Translations under genes and position numbers: made by a program | The notes under the pieces: model-generated | Seen by the model: the letters and a program-made list of their open reading frames with translations, nothing else | What the model was told of the DNA's origin: nothing | The model's database searches: none | Assembly (NCBI RefSeq): GCF_030028105.1 | Contig: NC_092379.1 | Span: 45,804,150-45,868,149, forward strand | Length of the DNA: 64,000 nucleotides | Origin: Mobula birostris | Lineage: Eukaryota | Reading direction: 5' to 3' | In this document: in pieces, positions 1 to 12,489 of the stretch | Layout of the letters: every line of letters begins with the position of its first letter | Numbering within the stretch: the first letter of the stretch is position 1

Positions 1-250
1 CTGGTGCAGATGTGGTTATCCGACAGGCTGAAGTTCTCCCATAATTACCACATCTAACACACAGAACAAAATTTGGTCCCTGGATCCATTGTCACTGCAC
101 TAACTGTGCCCGAACAGGCAGGGGATGAAGCACTAAGAAGAAATAGAGGAACTTGCCAGATACTTGCCTCACCCAAGCTTGATGAGCCAAAGCCACCCCA
201 AACACTGGCCCACTCACAGAAGTGACCAGGAATGGCCACTCTGCTTAAGC
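1..250 (-). mobile_element. CR1 LINE 5' region fragment (5'UTR/ORF1 start)
   Basis: Clearly homologous by eye to 25420-25620, which lies directly upstream of a CR1 ORF1 esterase fragment. Confidence 0.55.
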
Positions 251-785
251 CTGCATTATTTATATTCACCCTTACAGAGTGATTGACCACAGTCCAATTA
301 ATTACAACAGCTTTATTTTAAATGCTTTTGAATATAAATGAATTACATTTCATTTTTTTTTTACCAGTTCATATTATTTCCTTTCTTCCTCCCTCATTCT
401 GCAGCATAATGCCACCAAGTGTTGAATGACTGTCTGGTACCAACAGGAAGAGAGCAGAACCCAGAGGACAAACAGCGAGTGAGCTTTATAATGCATTGTA
501 CTGCTGGAGGCTGAGTTGTCTGACCAGGTTTGTGAAGGAGAATCTGAAATGGGCAACTTGTTCATTCTTTTTATTCACAAGATGTATGAACCAATGGTTT
601 GATCACCCATTAGCATCAAGGATATGAAGGATATGGTGAGTCAAATTCTTCAAGTGGAGCTCAACTTCATTGTTGCTGTTGATGGGAAGGAGGTTTTGTT
701 CAGATGCATGGAGCAGGCAATCACTCTATTCACAAGTGTACTGATTGCCACTTTGAACTGCAGTTCTCTATGTGGAGAACGTATC

Positions 786-1510
786 TTAAATGTCCATAAG
801 ACATAGGAGCAGAATTAGGCCATCTGCCCCATCGAGTCTCCTCCACCATTCAATCATGGCTGACCCCTTTTTTTACTCCTCCTCAACCCCAGTTCCCGGC
901 CTTCTCCCCGTGATCTTTGATGCCATGTCCAATCAAAAACCTGTCAACCTCTGTCTTAAATACACCCAAAGACCTGGCCTCCACAACTGCATGTGGCAAC
1001 AAATTCCAAAAATTCACCACCTTTTGGCTAAAGAAATCTCTCCACATCTCTGTTTTGAAAGGGCGCCCCTATATTCTGAGGCTGTGCCCTCTTGTCCTGG
1101 ACTCTCCCATCATGGGAAACATCCTTTCCACATCTACTCTGTCTAGACCTTTGAATATTTAAATGGGTTCAATGAGATCACTCCCCCCGCATCCTTCTGA
1201 ATTCCAGTGTGTACAGACCCAGAGCCACCAAAAGTTCCTCGTATGATAACCCTTTCATCCCTGGAATCATCCTTGTGACCCTCCTCTGGGCCCTCTCCAA
1301 TGCCAGCTCATCTTTTCTAAGAGGAAGGGCCCAAAACTGTTCACAATACTCAAGGTGAGGCCTCTCCAGTGCCTTATGAATCCTCAGCATCACATCCTTG
1401 CTCTTGTATTCTAGACCTCTTGAAATGAATGTTGACATGGCATTTGCCTTCCTTAGCACAGACTCAACCTGCAAGTTAATTAGGATGTCCTGCACAAGTC
1501 CCTGTGCATT
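786..1510 (-). mobile_element. CR1 LINE 3' end (RT C-terminus and 3'UTR)
   Basis: Minus ORF 1178-1540 reads FISRGLEYKSKDVMLRIHKALERPHLEYCEQFW...TRMIPGMKGLSYEE, typical of the CR1 ORF2 C-terminus. Same family as 30605-31150. Confidence 0.9.
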
Positions 1511-1858
1511 GCCGCTGAGTAAGCAGTTACAGCAGTTCACTCTAGCAGCATGTCAGCATTTTGCTGCACCTTCCGCCATTTTCCAGATACTGGAGACTGC
1601 AAGTTATATAACTTTGTGTAAAGACATTGTTGAATTCACTAAGTCATTGACCTCCACCCCTTTCATTCTTCTCTCTGTGACCCTTACATAGCTCCAGACC
1701 AGGTTTGGGTTTATTTCCTGAATCACAAAGTTCAAGTAGTGTTTCAGGGTTTTTTTTTCCCCCTAGGAACCTCTAGATCACCTAGATTCACTGAAGTTGA
1801 TTGCTTTTGTTCTTTTGTCCTCTCTCATGTACTTTATCATTTTGAATTTATTTCACAG

Positions 1859-3269
1859 GTTATTAGGGGAGGATTTGCTGATGGGAAGATTAATCCAAAC
1901 ATCAGGTCAAGATCTGAATGAGTTGGTCAGTTCATTCACCACTGAACACCGGTCATTAAACACAGAAGCAAAAAACACCATTCAGACTGGGAAGAAACAG
2001 TACGGATGTTCCTTGTGTGGGAAGGGTTTTACCCGATCTTACACGCTGCTGAGGCACCACCGAGTTCACACTGGGGAGAGGCCATACACCCGTTCGATAT
2101 GTGGGAAAGGCTTCATTTCTTCATCCAACCTACAGACGCACCAACTTGTTCACACTGACGCAAGACCTTTCAAATGCTCCGAATGTAAGAAGAGCTTTAA
2201 AAGCAGGGCTCATTTGTTGAAACACCGACAGACTCATACTGGAGAGAGACCATTTACCTGCTCTGTGTCTGAGAAGGGATTTAGTTCTTCATCTAACCTA
2301 CAAACACACTAACTTATTCACACCAATTTGAGACCTTTTAAATGTTCTCTATGTAAAAAGGGTTTTAAAAACAGCAGTGATCTGCTGAAACACCAGCACA
2401 CTCACAGTGGAGAGAGACCCTTCACATGTTCTGAGTTTGGTAAGGGATTCACTTCTTCATCCAAACTCACTGCACAACAAATTGTTCACACTGATGAGAG
2501 ACCATTTCAATGCTTTGACTGTGTGAAGAGCTTTAAAAGCAAACAAGAACTGCTGAAACATCAACGCACTCATACCCTAGAAAGGCCATTTACCTGCTCT
2601 CGATGTGGGAGGGGATTCACTCGACCATCCAGCCAACTGGCACACCAATGTACCAGGGCAGGTGAGAAGCTTTTTACTTGCTCTCTGTGTGAGAAAGGTT
2701 TCAAAAGTTCCCTTCAGCTCACCACTCACCAGTTTGTTCATAGCAATCAGGATCCGTTTCAGTTTACTGACCACAACAGGAACGATTTGCTGGTATGGCA
2801 TCATGCCTATGCTGGAGAGAGGTCATTCACCTGCCCAGTGTGTGGAAAAGGATTCACCCTGTCGTTCACACTGCTAAGACAACAACTCATTCACAGTGGA
2901 GAGAGGCCATTCGTTTGCTCTGTGTGTGGAAAGGGATTCACTTTGTCAGCCGACCTGTTGAAGCACCAGCGAATCCACACTGGAGAGAAACCTTTCAAAT
3001 GCACACTGTGTGGGAAGAAATTCAGATGTTCAACCAACCTTAATGTCCATCAACGTGTGCACACTGGGGAGAGGCCGTTTACATGCTCTGTCTGTGGGAA
3101 GGGATACATCCTGTCTTCTCACCTGCTGAGACATCAGCTTGTTCACACTGATCAGAGACCTTTTAAATGCTTTGACTGTGAGAAAAGCTTTAAACACAGA
3201 AATGATTTGCTGAGACACCAACGTACTCACATTTTGGAAAGGCCATTCGCCTGCTCTGTGTGTGGAAAG
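1859..3269 (+). pseudogene. C2H2 zinc-finger array exon, 5' part (fingers 1-16a); probable pseudogene
   Basis: Splice-acceptor-like tttcacag ends at 1858, with an in-frame ATG at 1881. Tandem CxxC...HxxxH fingers have TGERP-type linkers. There is an in-frame TAA at 2310-2312 (likely CAA>TAA) after which the same frame continues, several fingers have lost Cys/His ligands, and the exon is cut by an LTR at 3270. Confidence 0.9.
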
Positions 3270-3970
3270 TGTCATGTGTGACGCCAAGCAGAGCTGCAGG
3301 ATGGATGATGCTAATGAGAGAGATAACGGAAGACAATGGAGAAACATTCAAAATGCTAATAAGAGAGAAGAGAGAAATTAACTAGAAAGAAACACAATTC
3401 CGATGTTGGCATCTGCGACAGGCCGTTTGCTTTGAACCTGAACTGTTTGAAGTTTCATGGACAGCTGATACCCCAGCAGGGGGATAAAAAAGCAGGTTTG
3501 CTAAGGCATGGCACATACATGCTATGAGACCCTGGAAAGAGCATTGTGCCCCAGAAGGTGGTGGGAGTTTGGAGGACTGGTTCGCGGGAATTGCTCAGAG
3601 GCTCACAGGGTGAAAAGGTACTATCGGTGGGAACCTGGTGTGTGTCCGCCCTTGCCTCGGTGCCGGGTTCACCACGAAAGAACGATCGCATCCGGAACGG
3701 AGGGGTCACAGTCGGTGACCACAGCTGGATCAGAAGGCATCGAAAAGGTTTACCTGAAATCAACTTCATCTCTCTCTCTCTCTCTCTCTCTCTCTGTCCA
3801 ACGGTACAACAACAGAGATTACTTCGAACTGCACTAGACAGAACTGAACTCTGCTTCACTTAAGACTGATCATTTTACCCCTAGACTGCAATAGAGCTTG
3901 GTTGATTCCTATTACCCTATTTCTGTGTATATATGTATACTATCATTGCTAACCTGTTACATTTATATCC
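3270..3970 (+). repeat. 5' LTR (3'-truncated)
   Basis: Aligns to 8436-9161. It lacks the last ~123 nt and the PBS and runs directly into gag. Contains a (TC)n tract at ~3769-3794. Confidence 0.93.
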
Positions 3971-5028
3971 AAGGGGAGCTGGAGGTGGTGTCTATTAACA
4001 AACCTGGTGGGGAGGCAGTGCAGCTGCAGATGGAAAAATTAAGGCGTGAACATGAGTTCCGATTGAAGCAGTTAGAAAGGGAAGAGAGAGTAAAGCAGTT
4101 AGAACGAGGAGAGAGAGAGAAGGAAAGGGAGTTTGAGCTGGTGAAGTTAAGGATGGTGCTAGAGAGGGGCCAAATGCCGGACCAAGGTGGAGGGTTCAGG
4201 GCGACCCAGGAGGTTGGGTTGGTTCCCCCATTTGAGGAGGCCGATGTTGATCGGCACTTTCTACCTTTTGAAAATGTCGCTGCAAGTCAGGACTGGCCGA
4301 GGGATAAGTGGGCTGTTTTGCTTTAGAGCGTGCTTAAGGGGAAGGTTCAGCAAGCTTACTCAGCATTGTCAGCAGAAGATGCCCAGAGGTATGATGTGGT
4401 GAAATAGGCTATACTCAGGATTTATGAGTTGGTCCCAGAGGCATACCGGTAAAGGTTCCGGAATGTGAGGAAGCAGTGGGTCCGCGCGTATTTAGAGTTT
4501 GCCCGTGAGATGCAGATGTATTGTGAGTGTTGGTGCGCCTCGAAAGGAGTCACTGGGAATTATGACAAACTGCTACAGCTAATACCGATTGAGCAGTTTA
4601 AAGGTTGTGTCCCTAAAGGTATGAGGCCCTATGTGGATGAGAAAGAGGCAGAAATCTTAGCCGCAACTGCTAAGTTAGTGGATGAGTACGCGTTAAGACA
4701 CAAAGCAAAGTTTATCCCCAGCAAGAGCTACCAGAAGGGTAGTAGAGAGGGTGGAGAAAGTCCGCCGGCAAAGCCAGAAAGTAAGCCGGGGACTAGTGAG
4801 AAGGTTAAGGAAGACGGGAAGCAGTTTGGTAGGAAGTCTCCTGGGGTCGTATGCTATAATTGTGGGAAAGCCAGTCACATTGCGTCCAGATGTTTTGCCC
4901 CAAAGAAGGAGACGGGGAAAGGAAAAACGATGACTCCGACTGGCTGTATTGAGCCAGCAAACAAACCGCTAAGGGAGAAGAGGTCTGATAGAGTTCAGGA
5001 AGGGCACGAGAAGTTTATTTCGGCCTGA
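3971..5028 (+). pseudogene. Gmr1-like gag remnant with SCAN-like capsid CTD and CCHC zinc knuckle
   Basis: Reads PPFEEADVDRHF...W..LL; VPEAYR*RFRN...EQFKGCVPKGMRPYVDEK (SCAN-like, ~4432-4700); CYNCGKASHIASRC at 4852-4893. Has in-frame stops. Confidence 0.85.
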
Positions 5029-5400
5029 TTGGTGTCAGTGAAGGAAGGGTCTACCCCAGTTCCAGTACGGATCTGGAGAGACACTGGGGCTTGTCAGTCA
5101 TTGATCTTAAGGCGGGTGTTAGACTTTAGTGCAGAGACCGAGACTGGGGAGGTCAGTGTGATAAAAGACATTGGGAAAGGGACTGAAGCAGTACCTTTGC
5201 ACCAGATACATCTAAAAAGCAACTTGGTCTCTGGACCGGTCACGATAGGGGTGAGGCCCGAATTACTGATGGAAGACGTGGAGGTCTTACTCGGTAACGA
5301 CTTTGCAGGTGGAGATGTGTACCCAGCAGTAAAGCTGACGAGCCTGCCAGGACTGAGGACCCGCCGATGGACTCACAGGTTTATCCCGTTTGCGCAGTAA
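5029..5400 (+). pseudogene. Retrotransposon aspartic protease
   Basis: IWRDTGACQSLI active-site motif and downstream VLLGND motif. Confidence 0.85.
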
Positions 5401-5721
5401 CTTGACACATGTCGAGAAAGGCTGCCGAAGCGAAGGTAGATTTAGCTGAGACGTTTTTACCAGCCTTGTACCAGGAGGGGTTAGAAAGTGAGAAGAAGGA
5501 GCATTTTGGAGCAGAAGGAAGTGAGGGAGTTGAGGTAGATTTATCATTACTGAGAAGGAATTTATACAGGCACAGGAACGTGATGAGGGGCTGATAGTTT
5601 TGACAGAGACAGCTCTCTCCAAAGCAGAAATAAAAAGGGAACCAGTGGGCAATTATGTGAAGGAAGGAGTACTGATGAGGAAATGGGGACCAAGTACCGC
5701 GCCTGCAGATGAGGAGTTGGG

Positions 5722-6889
5722 GTGGTACACCAGGTGGTAGTGCCGAAAATTTATAGGGATGAGATTTTTAACCTGGCCCACAAGATACCCCTCGGTGGAC
5801 ATTTTGGGGTGAGGAAAACAGTCGATAGAATTATGAAGGAGTTTTACTGGCCGAACATGAGGAAGGATATTATTGAATATTGTAGACAGTGTCATTCCTG
5901 TCAGGTGGTAGGAAAGCCGAACCAGGTCCTGCCAAAAGCACCCCTTGGACCGATACCCGCTTTCGGAGAACCTTTTTCCTGAATAATTGTGGATTTTGTC
6001 AGTCCCCTGCCCAGAACTGCGAGTGGGCAAGAGTATGTGAAGACTATGATGTGCGCCACCACCAGGTTTTCGGAGGCGGTGCCCCTGGCAAGCGTCAAGG
6101 CTCCTGCAGTGGTAAAGGTGCTTGTGAAATTTTTCACTACGGTGGGGCTGCCAAGGGAAGTTCAGTCAGATCAGGGGAGTGTCTTCACATCTCACACATT
6201 CCTACAGATCTTGGATGAGATGGGAAAAGCAGCTTTTGGCCTCTGCGTACCACCCGGAGTCCCAAGGGGCATTGGAAAGATTCCATGCAACATTAAAGAC
6301 CATGATTAAAACTTATTGTCAAGAGGACGCTAGAGACTGGGATGATGCCTTGCCTCTCTTGTTATTTGCTGTAAGGGACATGGTTCAGGAGTCATTGGGG
6401 TTCAGCCCATTCGAGCTCATCTTCGGTCATTGGCCCAGAGGACCTCTGACCTTACTGAAAGAGCAATGGTCCAGTCCGACAGTACAAGTCAATGTGATTG
6501 ATTATGTTTTAAAATTTCGTGAGAGGCTTAAAAGGATCTGTGACCTTGCCAAAGAAAATCTACCAAACTCCCAAACAAAAATGAAACAGTGGTATGATAG
6601 ACGTGCCCGCGAACAAGTGTTTCAAGTGGGCAATAGGGTCTTAGATCTGTTTCCAGTGGTAACCAACCCCCTCCAGGGGAGATTCCACGGTCCGTACAAA
6701 GTGATTAAAAAGACAGACTTTTTGAATTATGTTATTGAAACACTGGACAGATGTAAGCCAACCCAATTAGTGCATATTAATATGTTAAAAGCTTACCACG
6801 ATAACAAAGCAGGTCTAGTCAGTGTTATCACAAAAATAAATGAGGCTGGGGTGCCAACTGATAAGGGAAAACCCATCTTGAAAAAATAA
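5722..6889 (+). pseudogene. Retrotransposon integrase (frameshifted)
   Basis: HHCC zinc motif AH..PLGGHFG...CRQCHSC, then DFVSPLP, QSDQGS, AYHPESQGALERFH and FHGPYKV across three frames. Confidence 0.92.
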
Positions 6890-7010
6890 ATATGGTACCG
6901 ACCAGATTGGAGAACTCTATTGTTTTGGCCAACTTTGCTGATAAGGTCTCTCACGTAACCCCTGAACAGAGCGAGCCGCTGATAAAGCTAATTAATCGGC
7001 GTGCAGGTGT

Positions 7011-8344
7011 ATGTCCAGATGCAAGGGGATGGTACATGATGTTGTTGTTACATCAGATCAGCCTATTAAGCAACACCCCTATAGGATGAACTTGGAGAAG
7101 GGCAAGCTAGTGGAGAGAGAAATTAAATGTATGCTAGCCACAGATATTATTAGGCCATCCAAATCGGAATGGGCTTCTCCCTGTGTGGTTGTCCCGAAAC
7201 CCAATGGGAGCATACGATTCTGTACAGATTACAGAAAGGTGAACACCATCACAAAAACTGATGCTTACCTCATCCCAAGGGTAGACAATTGCATTGATAA
7301 AGTGGGGAGAGATAAGTACATCACAAAGATCGATTTGCTAAAAGGGTACTGTTGTGTTCCTTTAACTGACCGGGTTAGAGAAATCTCAGCATTTGTCACT
7401 CCATCTGTGCTATACAAGTATAATGTTTTACTTTTTGGCATGAAGGACGCCCCAGGGACCTTCCAAAGGATGATTAATTCAGTGATAAAAGGGTTAAAGA
7501 ACGCAGAAGCATATATTGACGATTTAGTGGTCTGGAGTGACACGTGGGAGGAGCACATTGTGGCGGTAGAGGAACTGTTTAAACGGCTGTCTGAAGCCAA
7601 CCTGACAGTGAACCTTGCAAAAAGTGAGTTCGGCCACACTAATGTCAATTACCTGGGGTATGTGGTAGGACAGGGGCAGCTGGCACCGATGCAGGCTGAG
7701 GTGCAGGCTATCTCTGAAGTTTCCATCCCAACAGACAAGAGGGCCCTGAGAAGGTTCCTGGGGATGGTGGGGAACTATCGGAAGTTTTGCAAAAACTTTG
7801 CGGATATTACCCTCTCTCTTACTAAGCTCTTGCCAAAGAATGAGCAATTTGTGTGGTATGACCTTTGTCAACAAGCCCTCGAGAGTCTGAAGGTGATTCT
7901 GTGTCACCACCCTGTATTGAGTGCGCCTGACTTTTCAAAACCCTTCTCCCTAGCAACAGATGCTAGCGAAGAAGCAGCAGGGCGGTGCTGTTGCAGACAG
8001 ACAAAGAGGAAATTGAACACCCGGTGGCTTATTTTTCTAAGAAGTTTAATGTCCATCAGAGAAGTTATTCCACTGTGGAGAAGGAATTACTGGCAATCAT
8101 TCTGGCATTACAACATTTTGAAGTTTATATTTGTCCGGCACAGAAACCACTGCTAATTTACACTGATCACAATCCATTAGTGTTTTTGGCCACAACGAAG
8201 GATAAAAACAAACGCTTGTTAAGTTGGAGCCTGGTATTACAGGAATTTGATATTAAGATAAAACATATAAAAGGAACTGACAATGTGATTGCTGATTGTC
8301 TGTCCAGGTGTTATAACTTAACGTTTTCTGTATTAGCCGAATAG
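7011..8344 (+). pseudogene. Reverse transcriptase and RNase H
   Basis: SEWASPCVVVPKPNGSIRFCTDYRKVN, YIDD at 7512-7523, LATDAS, YSTVEKELLAI, YTDHNPL and NVIADCLSR motifs. Confidence 0.95.
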
Positions 8345-8435
8345 CTGATGACTACCTGTATATTAGCGTGTATCTTATAATGTGCATTCATGCCCATAAT
8401 TTTTACCCCGGTAAAAATCCTTTTAAGGGTGGAGG

Positions 8436-8935
8436 TGTCATGTGTGATGTGAAGCAGAGCTGCAGGACGGATAATGCTAATGAGAGAGATAACGGAAGAC
8501 AATGGAGAAACATTCAAAATGCTAATAAGAGAGAAGAGAGAGGTTAACGAGAAAGAAACACAATTCTGATGTTGGCGTCTGCGACAGGCCGTTTGCTTTG
8601 AACCTGAACTGTTTGAAGTTTGATGGACAGGTGATACCCCAGCAGGGGGATAAAAATAGCAGGTTTGCTAAGGCACGAGACACGCCACAAGACCCTGGAA
8701 AGAGCAGTGTGCCCCAGAAGGTGGTGGGAGTTTGGAGGACTGGTTTGCGGGAATTGCTCAGAGGCTCACAAGGTGAAAAGGTACAATGGGTGGGAATCTG
8801 GTGCGTGTCCGCCCTTGCCTGGGTGCCGGGTTCACCATGGAAGAACGATCGCATCCGGAATGGAGGGGTCACAGTCGGTGACCACAGCTGGATCAGAAGG
8901 CATCGAAAAGGTTTGCCTGAAACCAACTGCATCTC

Positions 8936-8993
<58 letters not shown>

Positions 8994-9284
8994 GGTAAAA
9001 CAACAGCGATTACTTCGAACTGCACTAGACTGAACTGAACTCTGCTTCACTTATGACTGATCATTTTATCCCTAGACTGCAATAGAGCTTGGTTGATTCT
9101 TATTACCCTATTTCTGTGTATATGTGTATACTTCCATTACTAACCTGTTATATTTATATCCTTGCGATTAGTGTACTGTATTACTTATTTCTTTTATAAA
9201 ACTTTATTATTTCCCAGTAATCACAGACTCCAAGACGTGTTCCATTTCTGCTGGTTTGGCAACCCAGTTACGGATTATGTAACA
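8436..9284 (+). repeat. 3' LTR (849 nt, complete)
   Basis: tgtcatgtgtga...tatgtaaca termini, preceded by a PPT; (TC)n tract at 8932-8989. Confidence 0.95.
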
Positions 9285-9288
9285 AAAG

Positions 9289-9564
9289 AAATTCACCCTT
9301 TCATCATATCTGCAAAGACACCAGCTCAATCACACTGGACAGAGGTCATTTACTTGCTCAGTGTGTGGGAAGGGATTCACACAGTCATCAACCCTGCTGA
9401 GACACCAACTCACACATACAGGAGAGTGGCCATTCACCTGCTCAGACTGTGGAAACGGATTCACTTGCAGTTCTCATCTCACTGAACATAAACATCTTCA
9501 CAGTGGTGAGAGATGGTTTCCTCTTTGTGTAAGGAAGGATTCAGTAGATGATCCAAGGATATGA
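9289..9564 (+). pseudogene. C2H2 zinc-finger array, 3' part (rest of finger 16, fingers 17-18, stop)
   Basis: Joining 3269 to 9289 gives in-frame FACSVCGK|[43 protein letters not shown]...; TGA ends at 9564. Confidence 0.92.
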
Positions 9565-9889
9565 GGTACCAGTTCCTTCACACTGAAGAGAACTGATACA
9601 CCTAATCCATGTGTCGACAGGGATTTACTTCATTTCACTAAACACTAGCTTATTCAATCTGATATGGTAGCTTTATAGTGTTTGGGCTGTGAAATTTGTT
9701 GTAAAAGCAAATGATTTGGAAAACACCAATGTACTTGCCCTTGGAAGAGGCCATTAAAAATTCCACAGTTGGTAGAGAATTCTGTCAATATTTGAATTGT
9801 AGAGCTACTAAGAAACTCACAGGTGACTGCAGTAAAATTATGATAATCTTGTATCCAATGTTTCGACATCTTGGTTGGCATTGATGAGT

Positions 9890-10240
9890 TGGGCCAGGAG
9901 TCAGAAATTACTGTACATTAGAGAACTCAATGTTCATGCCATCAGGTTGGAGGCTAGCCAAAGAGTCATCGTTCTTCCAACTTTAGAGTGGCCTCATCAT
10001 GGCAGTAGAGGAGGCAATGGACCAACATGTTCAAATGAGAATGGAGAGTGCAATTAAAATGTTTGGCAACCAGGAAACCCTGCCTGTTGCAGATAGAGTA
10101 AAGAAGTTTGATATGGCCATCCTGCAATCTATGTCAATGTCACCAATGTAGAGGAGCCTGCACTGAGAGCACCAGATACAGTAGATGACTCCAACAGTCA
10201 TTCACGTGAGGTGTTGCCCTACCTGGAAAGGATGACCCTG
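9890..10240 (-). mobile_element. Penelope-like element GIY-YIG endonuclease fragment
   Basis: Nucleotide homology by eye to 31770-32100, which encodes the GIY-YIG domain. Confidence 0.7.
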
Positions 10241-10329
10241 AAAGACTTGCAGTCTGTCAGGTTTGTGTGGTTTGATTTATGTTAGTCAGTAGGGTGTAAG
10301 TATCAGGGATAGAGAGAAGTCACTATGAA

Positions 10330-12480
10330 GTTTATTTATATGAGCGAGGAAGAGATTGTTGTCATCATCTGTGAGGTTCAGTTTATGAAATTTGTGCCGA
10401 TAACTGGGAATTACAGAATCCTGAGAGATGGGCTGGCCAAAATTAATTGGAAGGAAACAGTAGCAGGGATGGTGGCACAGCAGCAATGGCTGGAGTTTCT
10501 GGGAGCAAATTGGAAGATGCAGGACAGATACATCGCAAGTGAGAGGAAGTGTTCTAAATGCAGGATGGCGCAACTGAGGCTGACAAGAGGTCAAAGCCAA
10601 CATAAAAGCCAAAGAGAGGGCCTGTAATCGAACAAAGATTAGTGGATAGTTAGAGGATTGTGAAGCTTTTGAAAACCAACAGAAAACAGCTAGAAGTGTC
10701 ATAAAGGAGGAAAAGATGGAATATGAAGTTAAGCTATCCAATAACATCAAGAAGAATACCAAATGTTTCTTTGGATATACAAAGTGTAAAAGAGAAGCAA
10801 GAGTAGATATGGGACTGCAGGAAAATGACACTGGAGAGATAGTAATGGGGGGACAAGGAAATGGCAGAAGAACTGAATAAGTACTTTGCAACAGTTTTCA
10901 CTGTGGAAGTTACTGACAGCATGCTGAAAGTTCAAACGTAGCAGGGGCAGATGTGAGTAAAGTTGCCATTACTTGGGAGAAACTGCTTGGAAAAATGAAA
11001 GGTCTGAGGATAGATAAATCACATGAACTAGATGGTCACAAGCACCAGGGTTCTGAAAGAGGTCATGAAGAGATTGTGAAGGCATTTCAAAAATCAATGG
11101 ATCCTGCATTTTTCCAGAGGACTGCAAACTTGCAAATGTCATTCCACTCTTCAAGAAGGGAGAGAGACAGAAGAAAGTAAATTATAGGCTAGTTAGTGTG
11201 ACATCAGTGGTTGGGAGACGTTAGAGTCTGTTATTAAGGATGAAGTTTCGCAGCACTTAGAGACACATGATAAAATAGTCCAAAGTCAGCATGGTTTCTG
11301 AAGAGGAAATTTTGCCTGACATATCTATTGGAATTGTTTTTGTGAAAAAAAAGGTAGACTAGACAAAGGAAAGAAAGTGGATGTTGTTTAATTGGATTTT
11401 CAGAAGGTCTTTGACAAAGTGCTGCATGAGGCAGCTGAAAAAAGGTAACAGCCTATGGTATTACAGGAAGGATACTAGTATGGATAGAAGATTGGCTGGC
11501 TGACTGACAGGAGGCAGAAAATGAGAATACAGTGTTTTTTTTTCTACTTGGCTGCTGATAATACTGGTGTTGCGTTGTGGTTGGTGTGGGACCGCTTCTT
11601 TCACATTGTATGCCAGTAACTTGGATGACAGAATTGATAACTTTGCGGCCTAGTTTGACTCTAAATATAGGTAGAGGGGCAAGTAGTGTTGAGGAAGCAG
11701 GGAATCTGCAGACCAACTTAAAATAGATTAGGAGAATGGGAAAATTAGTGGAAGATGTAATTGCATGGTCATGCACTTTGGTAGAAAGAATAAAGGCATA
11801 GGCTATTTTTTAAATGGTGAAAAAAGATTCAGCAATCAAATGCGCAAAGGGACTCCTGAGTCTCATTGCAGATTTCCCTAAAAGCTAACTCGGTGGTAAT
11901 GAAGGCAAATGCATTGTTAGCGTTCATTTGAAGAGCACTTCAAGGATGTAATGCTGAGGCTTTACAAAAACAAGGATGTAATGCTGAGGCTTTATAAGAT
12001 GTTGGTTAGATGACACTAGGAGTATTGTAAGCAGTTTGGGCCTCTTATCTAACAAAGGATATGCTGGTATTGGAGAAAGTCCAGAGGAATTTCACGAGAA
12101 TGATTCCGGGGATGAAGGAACTAACATATGGGGAGCATTCGATGACTCTGGGCCTGTACTCACTGGAGTTTAGAACAATAAGTGGGTAGGATCTCATTGA
12201 AAAATATAGAATACTAAAAGGCCTGAGTAATATGGATGCTGAAAGGATGTTTGCTATCAGTAATACAGCTTTAATTGGACTGCCAACTGCCATTAAAAGA
12301 CAGAAGATGTTTGCTATAGTGGGCAAGTCTACCACCAGAGGGCACAGCCTCAGAATTGAAGGTTGGTCCTTGACAGCAGAGATGACGAGGAATTTCTTTA
12401 GCCAGAGAGTAGTAAATCTGTGGAGTTCATTACTGCAGATGACTGTAGAGGCAAGTTATTGGGTATATTTAAGCAGAGAT
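10330..12480 (+). mobile_element. Degenerate CR1 LINE ORF2 and 3' end
   Basis: CR1-like motifs across frames (INWKET, EELNKYFA, KSQHGF, DFQK.FDKV, RGHSLRI, RNFFSQRVVNLW); many stops. Confidence 0.85.
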
Positions 12481-12489
12481 TGAGGTTCT

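Larger units (their letters stand above)
3270..9284 (+). mobile_element. Gmr1-like Ty3/Gypsy LTR retrotransposon (degenerate; gag-PR-IN-RT-RH order)
   Basis: TG...CA termini, AAAG target-site duplication at 3266-3269 and 9285-9288, two homologous LTRs, polypurine tract at 8421-8435, and integrase located upstream of RT. Confidence 0.95.

Noticed and set aside
3455-3863. ORFs with ERERER or SLSLSL tracts (also 8522-9050)
   Set aside because: They arise from the (TC)n microsatellite inside the LTRs.
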